The translations under genes were made by a program, and so were the position numbers. Below the pieces are notes generated by a model, which did not search any database, was not told the origin of the DNA, and saw only the letters and a program-made list of their open reading frames with translations. Source: Candidatus Nanoarchaeia archaeon (GTDB lineage Archaea > Nanobdellota > Nanobdellia > CSSed11-243R1). Taken from it: a DNA stretch of 64,000 nt. The DNA is taken from positions 661,376-725,375 of the forward strand of contig JAQTNH010000001.1 of NCBI GenBank assembly GCA_028713895.1, read 5' to 3'. Each line of letters begins with the position of its first letter. Positions within the stretch are counted from its first letter, which is position 1. Of the stretch, positions 54,074 to 62,866 are shown piece after piece.

Positions 54074-54870
54074 ATTATTTTTTCTTTTTTTAAAATTTCT
54101 AGAAGCTCTTCCATGTCCTTAATCTCCAGATAGAACACTTTGGTTTCGCTGAACTTCTTGATGAGCGCAGGCAGGATTTCTTTCAGCTGTTTCTTGTCTT
54201 TGAGCCTTAACATGTCACGGCTGTCAATGATTGCCTTGATTACGTTCTTGTTCTTGTGCGTAAAAAGAATCTTTGCGAGCCTGAACAAATCAGGGTTGGG
54301 CTCAACATCAAGAGGCGTGAGCTTAACGACTGCAGACTCAATCTTGGGCGCAGGACGGAATGCTGTGCGCGGGACTGACATCATGATTTCCGCTTCAGCA
54401 AAATAATTTACAAGCACCGAGAGCCGCGAGTAGTCGCTGAGCCATGGGAAAGCTGTCATGCGCTCGGCAAACTCCTTCTGGTACATCAATATTGTAAGCA
54501 GGTTCTTCTTGTTTGCGCGCTTCTGCCTGTTGAGAAACAAAAGAATCTTTTCTGTGATTGGCGAGGAGATTTCATAGGGGAGATTTCCGATAATCTTGTT
54601 GACATCGCTTGGAAAATCATATTTGAGGATGTCCATATTGATGCATTCCACATTTTTGTGCTGCTTCATTGCCTCAACAAGCTGCGGGAAGATTTTTTTG
54701 TCAATCTCAACTGCGTAAACCTTTTTTGCCGCTGTAAGATACTTTGTGAGATTGCCGAATGCAGAGCCAACCTCAAGAACCACATCACTGGAGCTAATCT
54801 GTGCGTAATCTGAAATCTGCTTAAGCAGGTGCTCAGACTTCAAAAAGTGCTGCCCTAACCGCGCTCCCAT
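54070..54870 (-). CDS. ksgA: 16S rRNA dimethyladenosine transferase
   Basis: Motifs LGQHFL and EVGSAFGNLT, and IGNLPY. I prefer the start at MGARLGQ (54870). The track ORF extends to 55086. Confidence 0.85.
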   Translation of the reverse strand: MGARLGQHFLKSEHLLKQISDYAQISSSDVVLEVGSAFGNLTKYLTAAKKVYAVEIDKKIFPQLVEAMKQHKNVECINMDILKYDFPSDVNKIIGNLPYEISSPITEKILLFLNRQKRANKKNLLTILMYQKEFAERMTAFPWLSDYSRLSVLVNYFAEAEIMMSVPRTAFRPAPKIESAVVKLTPLDVEPNPDLFRLAKILFTHKNKNVIKAIIDSRDMLRLKDKKQLKEILPALIKKFSETKVFYLEIKDMEELLEILKKEKII

Positions 54871-54928
54871 AATGAATAAAAAGAAAGGATGCCTATTAAA
54901 TATTATGTTTATACTGCGAAGAAACCTT

Positions 54929-55471
54929 ATGCACATCGGGGTAGGCCTGATGCTGTTTTTTACATATCTGCTCCTTGGCAGGGCAATAAGCTTCTGGTTT
55001 ATGCTGGCATTATTTTTGGTTGGCAGCTGGTTCCAGATGCAGCTCAGGCGCGGAAAAAAGTTCCCGATGCTTGAAGAAACCCTCAAATTCTTTGAAACTG
55101 AAGACGAGGCTGAGAACTGGAGAGGGTTTGGGGCGCAGACCCTTGTGCTGGGAATAGCGCTGACAGTTTTCTTTTTCCCTTCATATGCAGCAATGCCTGC
55201 AATTTTGGTGGTGGCATTTGCAGATGCAATATCTGCGATATGCGGAACTTATTTTCCAAGCATACAAATACTTGACAAGAGAACATTATTCGGCAGCCTT
55301 TCCTTTTTTATTACCGCTTTTGTTATTCTGCAGTTTTTTGTAAGCATTCCCCTGGCTTTGTGTGTTGCGCTTGCAGCTGCGTTGATAGAACTTATCCCGC
55401 TGCCAGATGACAACCTTTGGATACCATTGGGAACCGGATTACTGCTTACTATCCTTGTTCCAGTACTCTAA
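54929..55471 (+). CDS. membrane protein, CTP-dependent polyprenol (dolichol) kinase/CdsA-family-like
   Basis: Multi-TM protein with FADAISAICG and DKRTLFGS motifs resembling the cytidylyltransferase/dolichol kinase family. The start is uncertain (the track gives 54872). Confidence 0.4.
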   Translation: MHIGVGLMLFFTYLLLGRAISFWFMLALFLVGSWFQMQLRRGKKFPMLEETLKFFETEDEAENWRGFGAQTLVLGIALTVFFFPSYAAMPAILVVAFADAISAICGTYFPSIQILDKRTLFGSLSFFITAFVILQFFVSIPLALCVALAAALIELIPLPDDNLWIPLGTGLLLTILVPVL

Positions 55472-56152
55472 TAAATCGCTGGCATTTACAAGCGGCTTAG
55501 GATAATTTTCTGCATCATCAAGCCCTATCCTGTAGCAGGCTGTATTAACCCAGACATCTATCTGCGGGAAATTGTATGTCTCGTCCGGGCTTATCGTGTC
55601 AGAAATGAACATGTAAACTGTTTTGCCTTTTGATTCAAGGCGCTTTTTTATTTTTTCTGCGAGCAAAGGATTGTACTGCCCAGGTTTTGCTGAAATAAGG
55701 ATTCCATAGACTTTTCCTGAAACCGCCTTTTTCAAAGTTTCATCCCGCATCTTTTTGAAATGTTCTACCTCAGCCTTGCTTATTGCTGAGACTGTTTCAG
55801 TCAATGGATTTGCCTGTATAATCTGCTTGCCTGTCTGGACTGCCAGATTGAGCTGGTGGAACTTTCCAGAGCCTAGGTAAAGAAAAATATCGCATTTGTC
55901 CTCAATTGATTTTGGAGCGCTTACATCGCAGCCAAGGACCTGCCCCGGCTCAACTGCCTTGTAATCCGGATGCCCGACAAGGATATTTTTCCCGTTCTTC
56001 TCAAGGAACTGCTTCAGCTGCTTCATCTGCCCGATGAACTGGATGGTTGTGAAGAGCCCGATATTCTTTTGCCTGATTTCTGCAGCTATTGCTTTCATAA
56101 ACTCGCTGCCCAGCGGCTTTGTATACTTCGCCGGAATAAAAAGAGTTTTCAT
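55439..56152 (-). CDS. dph2: diphthamide synthesis radical-SAM enzyme Dph2 (short form)
   Basis: Dph2-like repeats with three Cys contexts (VLGCDV, DKCDIF, NTACYRI). It is only 237 aa. Confidence 0.65.
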   Translation of the reverse strand: MKTLFIPAKYTKPLGSEFMKAIAAEIRQKNIGLFTTIQFIGQMKQLKQFLEKNGKNILVGHPDYKAVEPGQVLGCDVSAPKSIEDKCDIFLYLGSGKFHQLNLAVQTGKQIIQANPLTETVSAISKAEVEHFKKMRDETLKKAVSGKVYGILISAKPGQYNPLLAEKIKKRLESKGKTVYMFISDTISPDETYNFPQIDVWVNTACYRIGLDDAENYPKPLVNASDLLEYWNKDSKQ

Positions 56153-56204
56153 ATCTGCAATAATTAAAACAGGATTTATAAACCTTGATTGTTTTTATAT
56201 CCTT

Positions 56205-56942
56205 ATGAGAATGCTTATTGATGAAAAAGGGAAAAAAATATTTGTGCAAAAAAATGCCAAACAGGATGAAATCCACTCACACCTTGGGATGATGAGCAGA
56301 AAAGATGTTTTCAAGGCAAAATCCGGCTCGTACATAAAGAGCCACAAGAACCACAAATTCCTTGTTGTTGACCCCACTATTGTTGATTACTTTGAGAACC
56401 TAAGGCGCGGTCCTGCAATTGTTTTATTGAAAGATGCAGGAATAATCTCTGCGCATACCGGAATTTCTCCTGGAAGCTTTGTTGTCGAAGCAGGTTCAGG
56501 AAGCGGAGCACTGACATGTTATCTGGCGAACCTTGTACGCCCGCTCGGGCACATAGTCAGCTATGAACGCGAAAAAAAGTTCATGGAGATAGCAAAAGAA
56601 AACGTGGAGACTTTTGAGCTTGGAGAATACGTTACTTTCAAAAACAAGGATGCAAAAACCATAAGCGAGAAAGAAGTTGATGCTGTAATCCTTGATTTGG
56701 CTGAGCCGTGGCACATTGTAAAAAAAGCTGAAAAGGCGCTCAAGACAGGCGGATTTTTTGTTTCATATCTGCCGACTGTCAACCAGCTTATGGTGCTGAA
56801 CGATGCGCTGGCAAAAACAAAACTGAAAATAACAAAGGTTGTTGACGTCAACATGCAGGAATGGAAGCTCGGAGATGCAACACGGCCGCAAAGCATGCAG
56901 CTGGCGCACACGGCATTCATTCTTTTTGCGCGGAAACTTTAG
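56205..56942 (+). CDS. trmI: tRNA (adenine-N1)-methyltransferase TrmI/Gcd14
   Basis: SAM motif VVEAGSGSGALT and the ILDLAEPW motif. I prefer the ATG at 56205 over the track start at 56034, which would overlap dph2. Confidence 0.75.
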   Translation: MRMLIDEKGKKIFVQKNAKQDEIHSHLGMMSRKDVFKAKSGSYIKSHKNHKFLVVDPTIVDYFENLRRGPAIVLLKDAGIISAHTGISPGSFVVEAGSGSGALTCYLANLVRPLGHIVSYEREKKFMEIAKENVETFELGEYVTFKNKDAKTISEKEVDAVILDLAEPWHIVKKAEKALKTGGFFVSYLPTVNQLMVLNDALAKTKLKITKVVDVNMQEWKLGDATRPQSMQLAHTAFILFARKL

Positions 56943-57250
56943 GACGAAGAAAATCCGCCAATCATGAAACAGAACACGCCTTTAATCACCATAATGATTC
57001 CTATCACCAGGAACGAGACAGGTATTATCCCGTGATACGCAAGAATGCAGCAGATTCCCCCAAGGAAGTCTATTCCTCCAAGAACCTCGAAGAAAAAACC
57101 CTGCTTGAAACTGGTGTAAAGAGTCCAGCCCCCCTTTACAAAATGGAACAGTCCAAGAGGCAGAAGAAGGAAGCCTATGTTTGCTATGAGGGTGATTCCT
57201 GCCATGACATCAAGCGCATTTAGGATTGCAACAAGTACCATACGAATCAT
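56939..57250 (-). CDS. small membrane protein
   Basis: 103 aa with 3-4 TM helices. Confidence 0.4.
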   Translation of the reverse strand: MIRMVLVAILNALDVMAGITLIANIGFLLLPLGLFHFVKGGWTLYTSFKQGFFFEVLGGIDFLGGICCILAYHGIIPVSFLVIGIIMVIKGVFCFMIGGFSSS

Positions 57251-57286
57251 TTGTTGCGATAACTACATAAATTTTTTGGATTCCTT

Positions 57287-57451
57287 TCAGCGGTTCCTGA
57301 TGTCAAATGAGCTGCCGCAAGTCATGCACTTGTAAATATCCACAGACTCAATCTTTTCCTGAAGAAGCTGCTCGTTTGTGAAGCGGGAACTATTCTGGTT
57401 TAATGTTTTCACATACCTAGTTCTTGGGCTGCCGCAGTTAGAACAAAGCAT
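57287..57451 (-). CDS. small zinc-ribbon protein (54 aa)
   Basis: Not in the track. The sequence is MLCSNCGSPRTRYV...YKCMTCGSSFDIRNR, with two CxxC pairs. Confidence 0.35.
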   Translation of the reverse strand: MLCSNCGSPRTRYVKTLNQNSSRFTNEQLLQEKIESVDIYKCMTCGSSFDIRNR

Positions 57452-57516
57452 AACTATTATATAGTATGTTTTAACTTATATATTTTAGTATAATGGTGGG
57501 GTTCTGGGGCAGGATA

Positions 57517-57846
57517 ATGAAGAAAGAAAGTGAACTGGAAATAATTGTTGGAGCGCCGCCGAAAAGGAACGTTCCCCTGAAAGACATAAATTACCGCATA
57601 GAGACAAAAAGACATGGACTTTCTCCACTGCAGGAATTTCTGTTTGACTGGTTTGATTATATCCCAAAATCACTTAAGGCGTATCTGGAAGAAAGAGCGG
57701 ATGAGCTCGGCATGGGCGCAGTTTATATTGTCAAGTACCAGAAAAAGGACAAGCCCCTGCTGAAATGCTATTTTACAGAAAAAAGAATACCCGAGCCTGT
57801 TTATATCCTGCCATACAATTTTTTCCAAAAGAATGATTCATTTTAG
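57517..57846 (+). CDS. hypothetical protein
   Basis: I prefer the start at MKKESELE over the track start at 57493. No family recognised. Confidence 0.35.
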   Translation: MKKESELEIIVGAPPKRNVPLKDINYRIETKRHGLSPLQEFLFDWFDYIPKSLKAYLEERADELGMGAVYIVKYQKKDKPLLKCYFTEKRIPEPVYILPYNFFQKNDSF

Positions 57847-57850
57847 CGAA

Positions 57851-57870
57851 AAAGGGCGGAATACTGGACA
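57851..57870 (+). promoter_or_regulatory. distal repeat AAAGGGCGGAATACTGGACA upstream of radA
   Basis: 19 of 20 nt are identical to 57919-57938. It contains one TACTGGACA unit. Confidence 0.55.
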
Positions 57871-57930
57871 CATCTTTCTTTTGTGAAAAGAAAGCTGTAC
57901 CAAAGAAAAATTGCAAGAAAAGGGCCGAAT

Positions 57931-57960
57931 ACTGGACATACTGGACAACACCCTAAAATT
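57931..57960 (+). promoter_or_regulatory. promoter module copy C upstream of radA
   Basis: ACTGGACATACTGGACAACACCCTAAA is identical to copy A over 27 nt and is followed by an A/T-rich TATA-like box. Confidence 0.7.
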
Positions 57961-58003
57961 CATATAGTCTTTTTGAGTTATGCTCTGTAAAGGTGTTATG
58001 ATT

Positions 58004-59077
58004 ATGGCAAAAAAACAAGTTGAAACTGAGGAAAATTCTGAAGAAGAGTCTTTTGAAGAGGAATCTGAAAAAGAAACTGAAGAAGAAGAAACTGCAGAGG
58101 CAAAACCCGCTGCAACAAATGGCGTGGACGAGGTATTTGATATTGAGCATATTCCTGGCGTGGGCGCAACAACAGCACGCAAGATGCGCGAGGCAGGATA
58201 CAAGGATGCAATGGGGATTGCAACCGCGTCTCCTGTTGGACTGGCTGAAGTGTGCGAAATAGGCGAGGCAACTGCCAGAAAAATAATCGAAGTGGCGCGC
58301 TCGCATCTTAAAATGAATTTCATCACAGGCACAGAAATGCTTGAGAAGATGAAAAAAGTCAAGCTCATAAAGACGGGCTCGAAAGCCCTGGACGGGCTGA
58401 TTGGCGGAGGTGTGGAAACCCAGTCAATCACAGAAGCATACGGCGCATTCGGCTCGGGAAAATCACAGCTTGCATTCCAGCTTGCAGTGAATGTCCAGCT
58501 TCCTGAAGAGCAGGGAGGGCTGAACGGAGATGTTGTCTGGATTGATACAGAAGGGACATTCCGTCCGAACCGAATCATCCAGCTTGCAAAAGTAAAAGGG
58601 CTTGACCCTGAAAGAGTTCTTGCAAAACTTCATGTTGCGCGCGCATTCTCAGCTGACCACCAGATTTTGCTGGCAGAAAAAGTGCCTGAACTTTTCCAGC
58701 AGCATCCTGAAATTAAGCTGATAATTGTGGACTCAATCTCCTCAATTTTCAGGAGCGAATTCGTCGGAAGGGGGACTCTTGCAGACAGGCAGCAAAAGCT
58801 GAACAAACACATCCATGATTTGCAGAGGCTGGCAGACAGATACAATGCGGCTGTCTATATTACTAACCAGGTTATGGCAAAGCCAGACATGTTTTTCGGA
58901 GACCCGACACAGGCTGTCGGAGGGCATGTGCTCGCACATGCATCAACCTACCGCGTGTACCTCAGGCACTCAAAAGGCGACAAGAGAGTTGCAAAACTTG
59001 TTGACTCGCCATGCCTGCCAGAGGGAGAGTGCGCATTCAAGATTGATGAGAACGGGATAAGCGATATTGAAGGCTGA
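58004..59077 (+). CDS. radA: DNA repair and recombination protein RadA
   Basis: HhH ([12 protein letters not shown]), Walker A (GAFGSGKSQ) and Walker B (LIIVDS). I prefer the ATG at 58004 (GGTG SD 8 nt upstream). The N-terminal tail of about 45 aa is acidic. Confidence 0.95.
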   Translation: MAKKQVETEENSEEESFEEESEKETEEEETAEAKPAATNGVDEVFDIEHIPGVGATTARKMREAGYKDAMGIATASPVGLAEVCEIGEATARKIIEVARSHLKMNFITGTEMLEKMKKVKLIKTGSKALDGLIGGGVETQSITEAYGAFGSGKSQLAFQLAVNVQLPEEQGGLNGDVVWIDTEGTFRPNRIIQLAKVKGLDPERVLAKLHVARAFSADHQILLAEKVPELFQQHPEIKLIIVDSISSIFRSEFVGRGTLADRQQKLNKHIHDLQRLADRYNAAVYITNQVMAKPDMFFGDPTQAVGGHVLAHASTYRVYLRHSKGDKRVAKLVDSPCLPEGECAFKIDENGISDIEG

Positions 59078-59119
59078 GCAATACAAACCTATTTAATTCT
59101 TATCTTCCTTTTTATTTTT

Positions 59120-59506
59120 ATGGTAAACAAATTGCTTTTATTAGGAACTTTATTAGTCGCAGCAATTGTAATTTTAGGATGCACTTCACAAAAAACAACA
59201 GCAGAGACACCAGCACCAATAGAGACAGCAGCGCCAGAAACAAGAGTTGACATCTTAGCGCCTCCGGTTTATGAAGCGCCGTTGGACCAGTCAAAATTCA
59301 CGCTTTCATGCGAAAAAACCAGCGACTGCAAGCTTGTGGACGTTAAAACAGGCTCAGGAAACATAGAACAATGCATGAATGCGGATACAGAATACCAGGG
59401 TGTTGCGTCAGACAAGTGCACATGCAAATATATTGGCACGACAGAACAGTCATTTCCAAATGATACAATAATTTTGCATGATAATTACGAATGCCGACAT
59501 ATCTAA
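59120..59506 (+). CDS. secreted Cys-rich lipoprotein-like protein
   Basis: Signal peptide ending in the lipobox-like ILGC, followed by 7 further Cys residues. Confidence 0.55.
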   Translation: MVNKLLLLGTLLVAAIVILGCTSQKTTAETPAPIETAAPETRVDILAPPVYEAPLDQSKFTLSCEKTSDCKLVDVKTGSGNIEQCMNADTEYQGVASDKCTCKYIGTTEQSFPNDTIILHDNYECRHI

Positions 59507-59609
59507 TTTTTTCTTTTTTTATTACATTCCAGTTAATATCTTAAGGATAATATTTATAAAAACCAAATTCGTTCTAAATCATTAGTATAACCCATAAGGA
59601 GGAGGTCAA

Positions 59610-59822
59610 ATGGACACACAGGATATAGCTTTGATGTTAGTTATCGGCATTCTTGTAATTGCATTGATAGTTGTTAATACAGCACCTGTCGGGCAAATAG
59701 AAGAATCCGTAAGTATAGACAAGCCATTACCAGCCAGGATACCACTGCGAAGTTCGGTAACAACAATGGTCTCGGTATATGACCCAACTATACACGCCAC
59801 TACAAGAGTAGAGGTTATCTGA
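59610..59822 (+). CDS. small N-terminally anchored protein
   Basis: Strong GGAGGAGGT SD. Its TM segment (LMLVIGILVIALIVV) resembles the anchors of the three downstream paralogs. Confidence 0.35.
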   Translation: MDTQDIALMLVIGILVIALIVVNTAPVGQIEESVSIDKPLPARIPLRSSVTTMVSVYDPTIHATTRVEVI

Positions 59823-59850
59823 TGATTATTAAAACAAAGGAGGAAAAATA

Positions 59851-60774
59851 ATGGCAAGTATAACAAAACCAATTTTATTGGCAGTAGTCGGAATTCTTGC
59901 AGTTGTACTGTTCTTACAGACAAGCAGCTTAATTACAGGCTTTACAATAGGGCAAAACATGTCAGCAACGACAAACGTAAGTACTAACAACGCAGAACCA
60001 ACAGTGTTTGACGTAAACTTTTCAATGGTTGTAACACCAACAGGTTGCGCAAACGACTCAGCCACAGTATGGTGCTGGGGAACTGTAAACGACCTTAACG
60101 GAGTAGTTAACATTTCAAGCGTAAACGCAACATTGTGGGCGAATGCACTGGGAGAATCAAGTTGTGACTGGGGCGCTACAGAAGAAAACGCTTCAAAATG
60201 CTATTTTAACACATCATGCAACTCCAATGCTTCGTTGTCAGGAAACGCAACAGCAGCAATCTACAACTGCAGCTTTAAGTCGCTTCCATATTATGCATGG
60301 AACGGCACATGGAACTGCACAATGTGGGCAACTGACGGAATCAATAGCTCTAAAGACAACTCAGCTGATGCAACATTAACAACAAGAGACAGAAGCGAAT
60401 ATTACGCAATAAACATTGACACAGACATTTACTGGGGCGCAGCAACAGTTGGAGAAAAGAAACAGGACACTGACGTAGTAGAGAACTGCGGAAACAGGCC
60501 ACTTGATGTACAGGTAAACGGTACAGACATGGAATGTGACTCCGGAACAAAGATTGGATCTACAAACATTACAGCGAGCGTTGGTTCAGCTGCTAAGAAC
60601 ATTGACCTTTCAGGAACACTACAAACACTTCAGACGAACCATTCAGTAGCTGTAGACGCTTGTGGAGCAACAGGTTGCGCAAATGAAACAACCTTCTGGA
60701 ACATAACAATTCCAAGCGGTGCGACAGGAACCTGTAAAGGCAATGCAACATTCGTTGCAATAGAAGACTCTTAA
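59851..60774 (+). CDS. N-terminally anchored, Cys-rich, sequon-dense surface protein (paralog A)
   Basis: 307 aa with an AAGGAGGA SD and a single N-terminal TM helix. I count 20 N-x-S/T sequons. Ten Cys residues are conserved with paralogs B and C. The C-terminus is GNATFVAIEDS. Confidence 0.7.
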   Translation: MASITKPILLAVVGILAVVLFLQTSSLITGFTIGQNMSATTNVSTNNAEPTVFDVNFSMVVTPTGCANDSATVWCWGTVNDLNGVVNISSVNATLWANALGESSCDWGATEENASKCYFNTSCNSNASLSGNATAAIYNCSFKSLPYYAWNGTWNCTMWATDGINSSKDNSADATLTTRDRSEYYAINIDTDIYWGAATVGEKKQDTDVVENCGNRPLDVQVNGTDMECDSGTKIGSTNITASVGSAAKNIDLSGTLQTLQTNHSVAVDACGATGCANETTFWNITIPSGATGTCKGNATFVAIEDS

Positions 60775-60894
60775 ACGTCTTTTATCTTTTTTTCTTTTTT
60801 TATATTTTCTTTTTTATGCCCTGTGCCAACAGGTTCTATGCGATAATCTTATAAAATAACAGCTCCTGAATACATCCAATGGAGAGGTTATAAA

Positions 60895-61809
60895 ATGGTA
60901 AACGCATTCAAGACATTTTTATGGGTGGTAATAGGATTTCTTGCAGTAGTCATATTCTTGCAGACGACAAACCTGATGACTGGATTTTCAGTCCAGCAAA
61001 ACAGGACATCAACGACAAACGTAAGCACCAACAATTCAGAGCCTGCAGTGTTTGACGTAAACTTCTCAATGGTTGCAACACCGGAGAATGGCTGCGCAAA
61101 CGACACAAGCACAGTATGGTGCTGGGGAACTGTAAACGACCTCAACGGAGCAGTTAACGTTTCAAGCGTAAACGCAACATTGTGGGCGAATGCACTGGGA
61201 GAATCTGGCTGTGACACAGCAGGCGAAGCAAACCTGTCAAAATGCTATGTGAATGCATCATGTTATGTCAATGCTTCGTTTCCAGGAAATGCAACAGCAG
61301 CAACATACAACTGCAGCTTTAAGCCTCTTGCATATTATGCATGGAACGGAGCATGGAACTGCACAATGTGGGCAACTGACGGAATTGGAACTGGAAAAGG
61401 GGACTCAGGAACCGCAACAGGAACTATACGGGACAGAGAAGCATATTACGCAATAAATGTTGAAACAGACATTTACTGGGGCGCTGGAAAAGTCGGGGAC
61501 AAGAAACAAGACACTGACATAGTAGAGAACTGCGGAAACAGGCCGCTGGATATACAGATAAACGGCACAAGCATGGACTGCTATTCAGGAACTTCAATCG
61601 GGGTCTCAAATATTTCAGTAAGCGTGAGTTCAGCAGCAGCAAACTTCAACCTTTCAGGAACACTGCAGACACTCCAGACGAACCATTCAGTAGCAATACC
61701 TGAAGTGCCTGGAGTAAATGTAACAACCTACTGGAACGTAACAATCCCGGCAGGGGCAATAGGCCAGTGCACAGGCAATGCAACATTCGTTGCAATAGAA
61801 GACTCTTAA
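60895..61809 (+). CDS. N-terminally anchored, Cys-rich, sequon-dense surface protein (paralog B)
   Basis: 304 aa with the same architecture. It has its own TATA-like box and SD. Confidence 0.7.
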   Translation: MVNAFKTFLWVVIGFLAVVIFLQTTNLMTGFSVQQNRTSTTNVSTNNSEPAVFDVNFSMVATPENGCANDTSTVWCWGTVNDLNGAVNVSSVNATLWANALGESGCDTAGEANLSKCYVNASCYVNASFPGNATAATYNCSFKPLAYYAWNGAWNCTMWATDGIGTGKGDSGTATGTIRDREAYYAINVETDIYWGAGKVGDKKQDTDIVENCGNRPLDIQINGTSMDCYSGTSIGVSNISVSVSSAAANFNLSGTLQTLQTNHSVAIPEVPGVNVTTYWNVTIPAGAIGQCTGNATFVAIEDS

Positions 61810-61930
61810 ACGCAGTTTCTTTTTTGTTTTTTTATATCTCTACTTTCTGCCAAGGCTGTCTTGCAACTGTTTGGTAACAATATTTATAAACAAACAGCTT
61901 TTTGGATAGATATATCGGAGGCGAGTAAAT

Positions 61931-62839
61931 ATGAGTATATCCAAACCAATTTTACTAATTGTTATAGGCATCTTAGTGGTGGTTTTATTCGTGCAGACAA
62001 CAAACCTTATCACAGGATTCACAATCCAGCAAAACAGGACAGCAACAACAAATGCAAGCGCACCAAATGCCAATCCCGGGCTCACCAATGTAAATTTCTC
62101 AATGGTTGCAACGCCTTCAGCAGGCTGCGCAAACGACACTAGCACAGTATGGTGCTGGGGAATTGCAATTGATGACAACGGATGGAGAAATATAACTTCA
62201 GCAAACGCAACATTATGGGCAAATGAAATCGGCGCAGCAGCCTGCGACACGGCAAGCGAAGCAAACATGTCCAAGTGCTATGTGAACACATCATGCTTTG
62301 TAAATACTTCATCGAATGCCACTGCAACAACAATCAACTGCAGTTTCAAAAATCTGGCAAATTATGCATTGAACGGAACATGGAACTGCACAATGTGGGT
62401 TAATGACAGTATCGGGCCTTCTGCAACAGACAATTCGAACGATGCTACGTTAACAACACGAGCCAGAAGCGCATATTATGCAATAAATATCAATACAGAC
62501 ATCTACTGGGGCGCTGTAACTGTGGGGTCCAAATCACAGATTCAAGACAATGTTACAAACTGCGGAAACAGGCCGATTGACATACAGGTAAACGGCACAA
62601 ACATGGAATGCGACAGCGGCACAACCATTGGCTCCCAAAACATTTCAATAAGCGTGGGTTCAGCAGCAGAAAACTTCAACCTTACAGGAAACCTGCAGAC
62701 ACTCCAGACGAACCATTCAATACCAACACAGGAAACCCCATTGCCAAATGAAACAACATACTGGAACCTGTCAATGCCAAGAGGAACAACAGGCTCATGC
62801 AAAGGCAATGCTACTTTTGTGGCAATAGAAGACAGCTAG
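61931..62839 (+). CDS. N-terminally anchored, Cys-rich, sequon-dense surface protein (paralog C)
   Basis: 302 aa with the same architecture. It is the most divergent of the three. Confidence 0.7.
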   Translation: MSISKPILLIVIGILVVVLFVQTTNLITGFTIQQNRTATTNASAPNANPGLTNVNFSMVATPSAGCANDTSTVWCWGIAIDDNGWRNITSANATLWANEIGAAACDTASEANMSKCYVNTSCFVNTSSNATATTINCSFKNLANYALNGTWNCTMWVNDSIGPSATDNSNDATLTTRARSAYYAININTDIYWGAVTVGSKSQIQDNVTNCGNRPIDIQVNGTNMECDSGTTIGSQNISISVGSAAENFNLTGNLQTLQTNHSIPTQETPLPNETTYWNLSMPRGTTGSCKGNATFVAIEDS

Positions 62840-62866
62840 ACACATTAATATTAACGGTGAGGCAAA

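Noticed and set aside
54871-55086. 72-codon N-terminal extension of the ksgA ORF, and the 54872 start of the divergent membrane protein
   Set aside because: The KsgA homology begins at MGARLGQHFL (54870), and the extension has no homology-like features. It would also leave no room for either promoter, and a TATA-like element lies inside it.
57838-58578. 246-aa minus-strand ORF overlapping radA, plus similar shadow ORFs at 5483-6166 (in gatE), 29155-29871 (in the THUMP methyltransferase) and 45968-46579 (in srp54)
   Set aside because: Each lies entirely antisense to a gene with strong family motifs and has no motif of its own. These are typical shadow ORFs.
59851-59960. A type IV pilin or archaellin class III signal peptide in the triplet proteins
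   Set aside because: No (K/R)-(G/A/S) cleavage motif precedes the hydrophobic segment, and the conserved LQT..L.TGF follows it instead. I treat it as an uncleaved anchor or an unknown signal.
59851-62839. A diversity-generating retroelement targeting the triplet surface genes
   Set aside because: The window contains no reverse-transcriptase ORF and no template repeat. Differences between the paralogs are not restricted to adenine positions, and the C-termini, the usual VR location, are the most conserved part.
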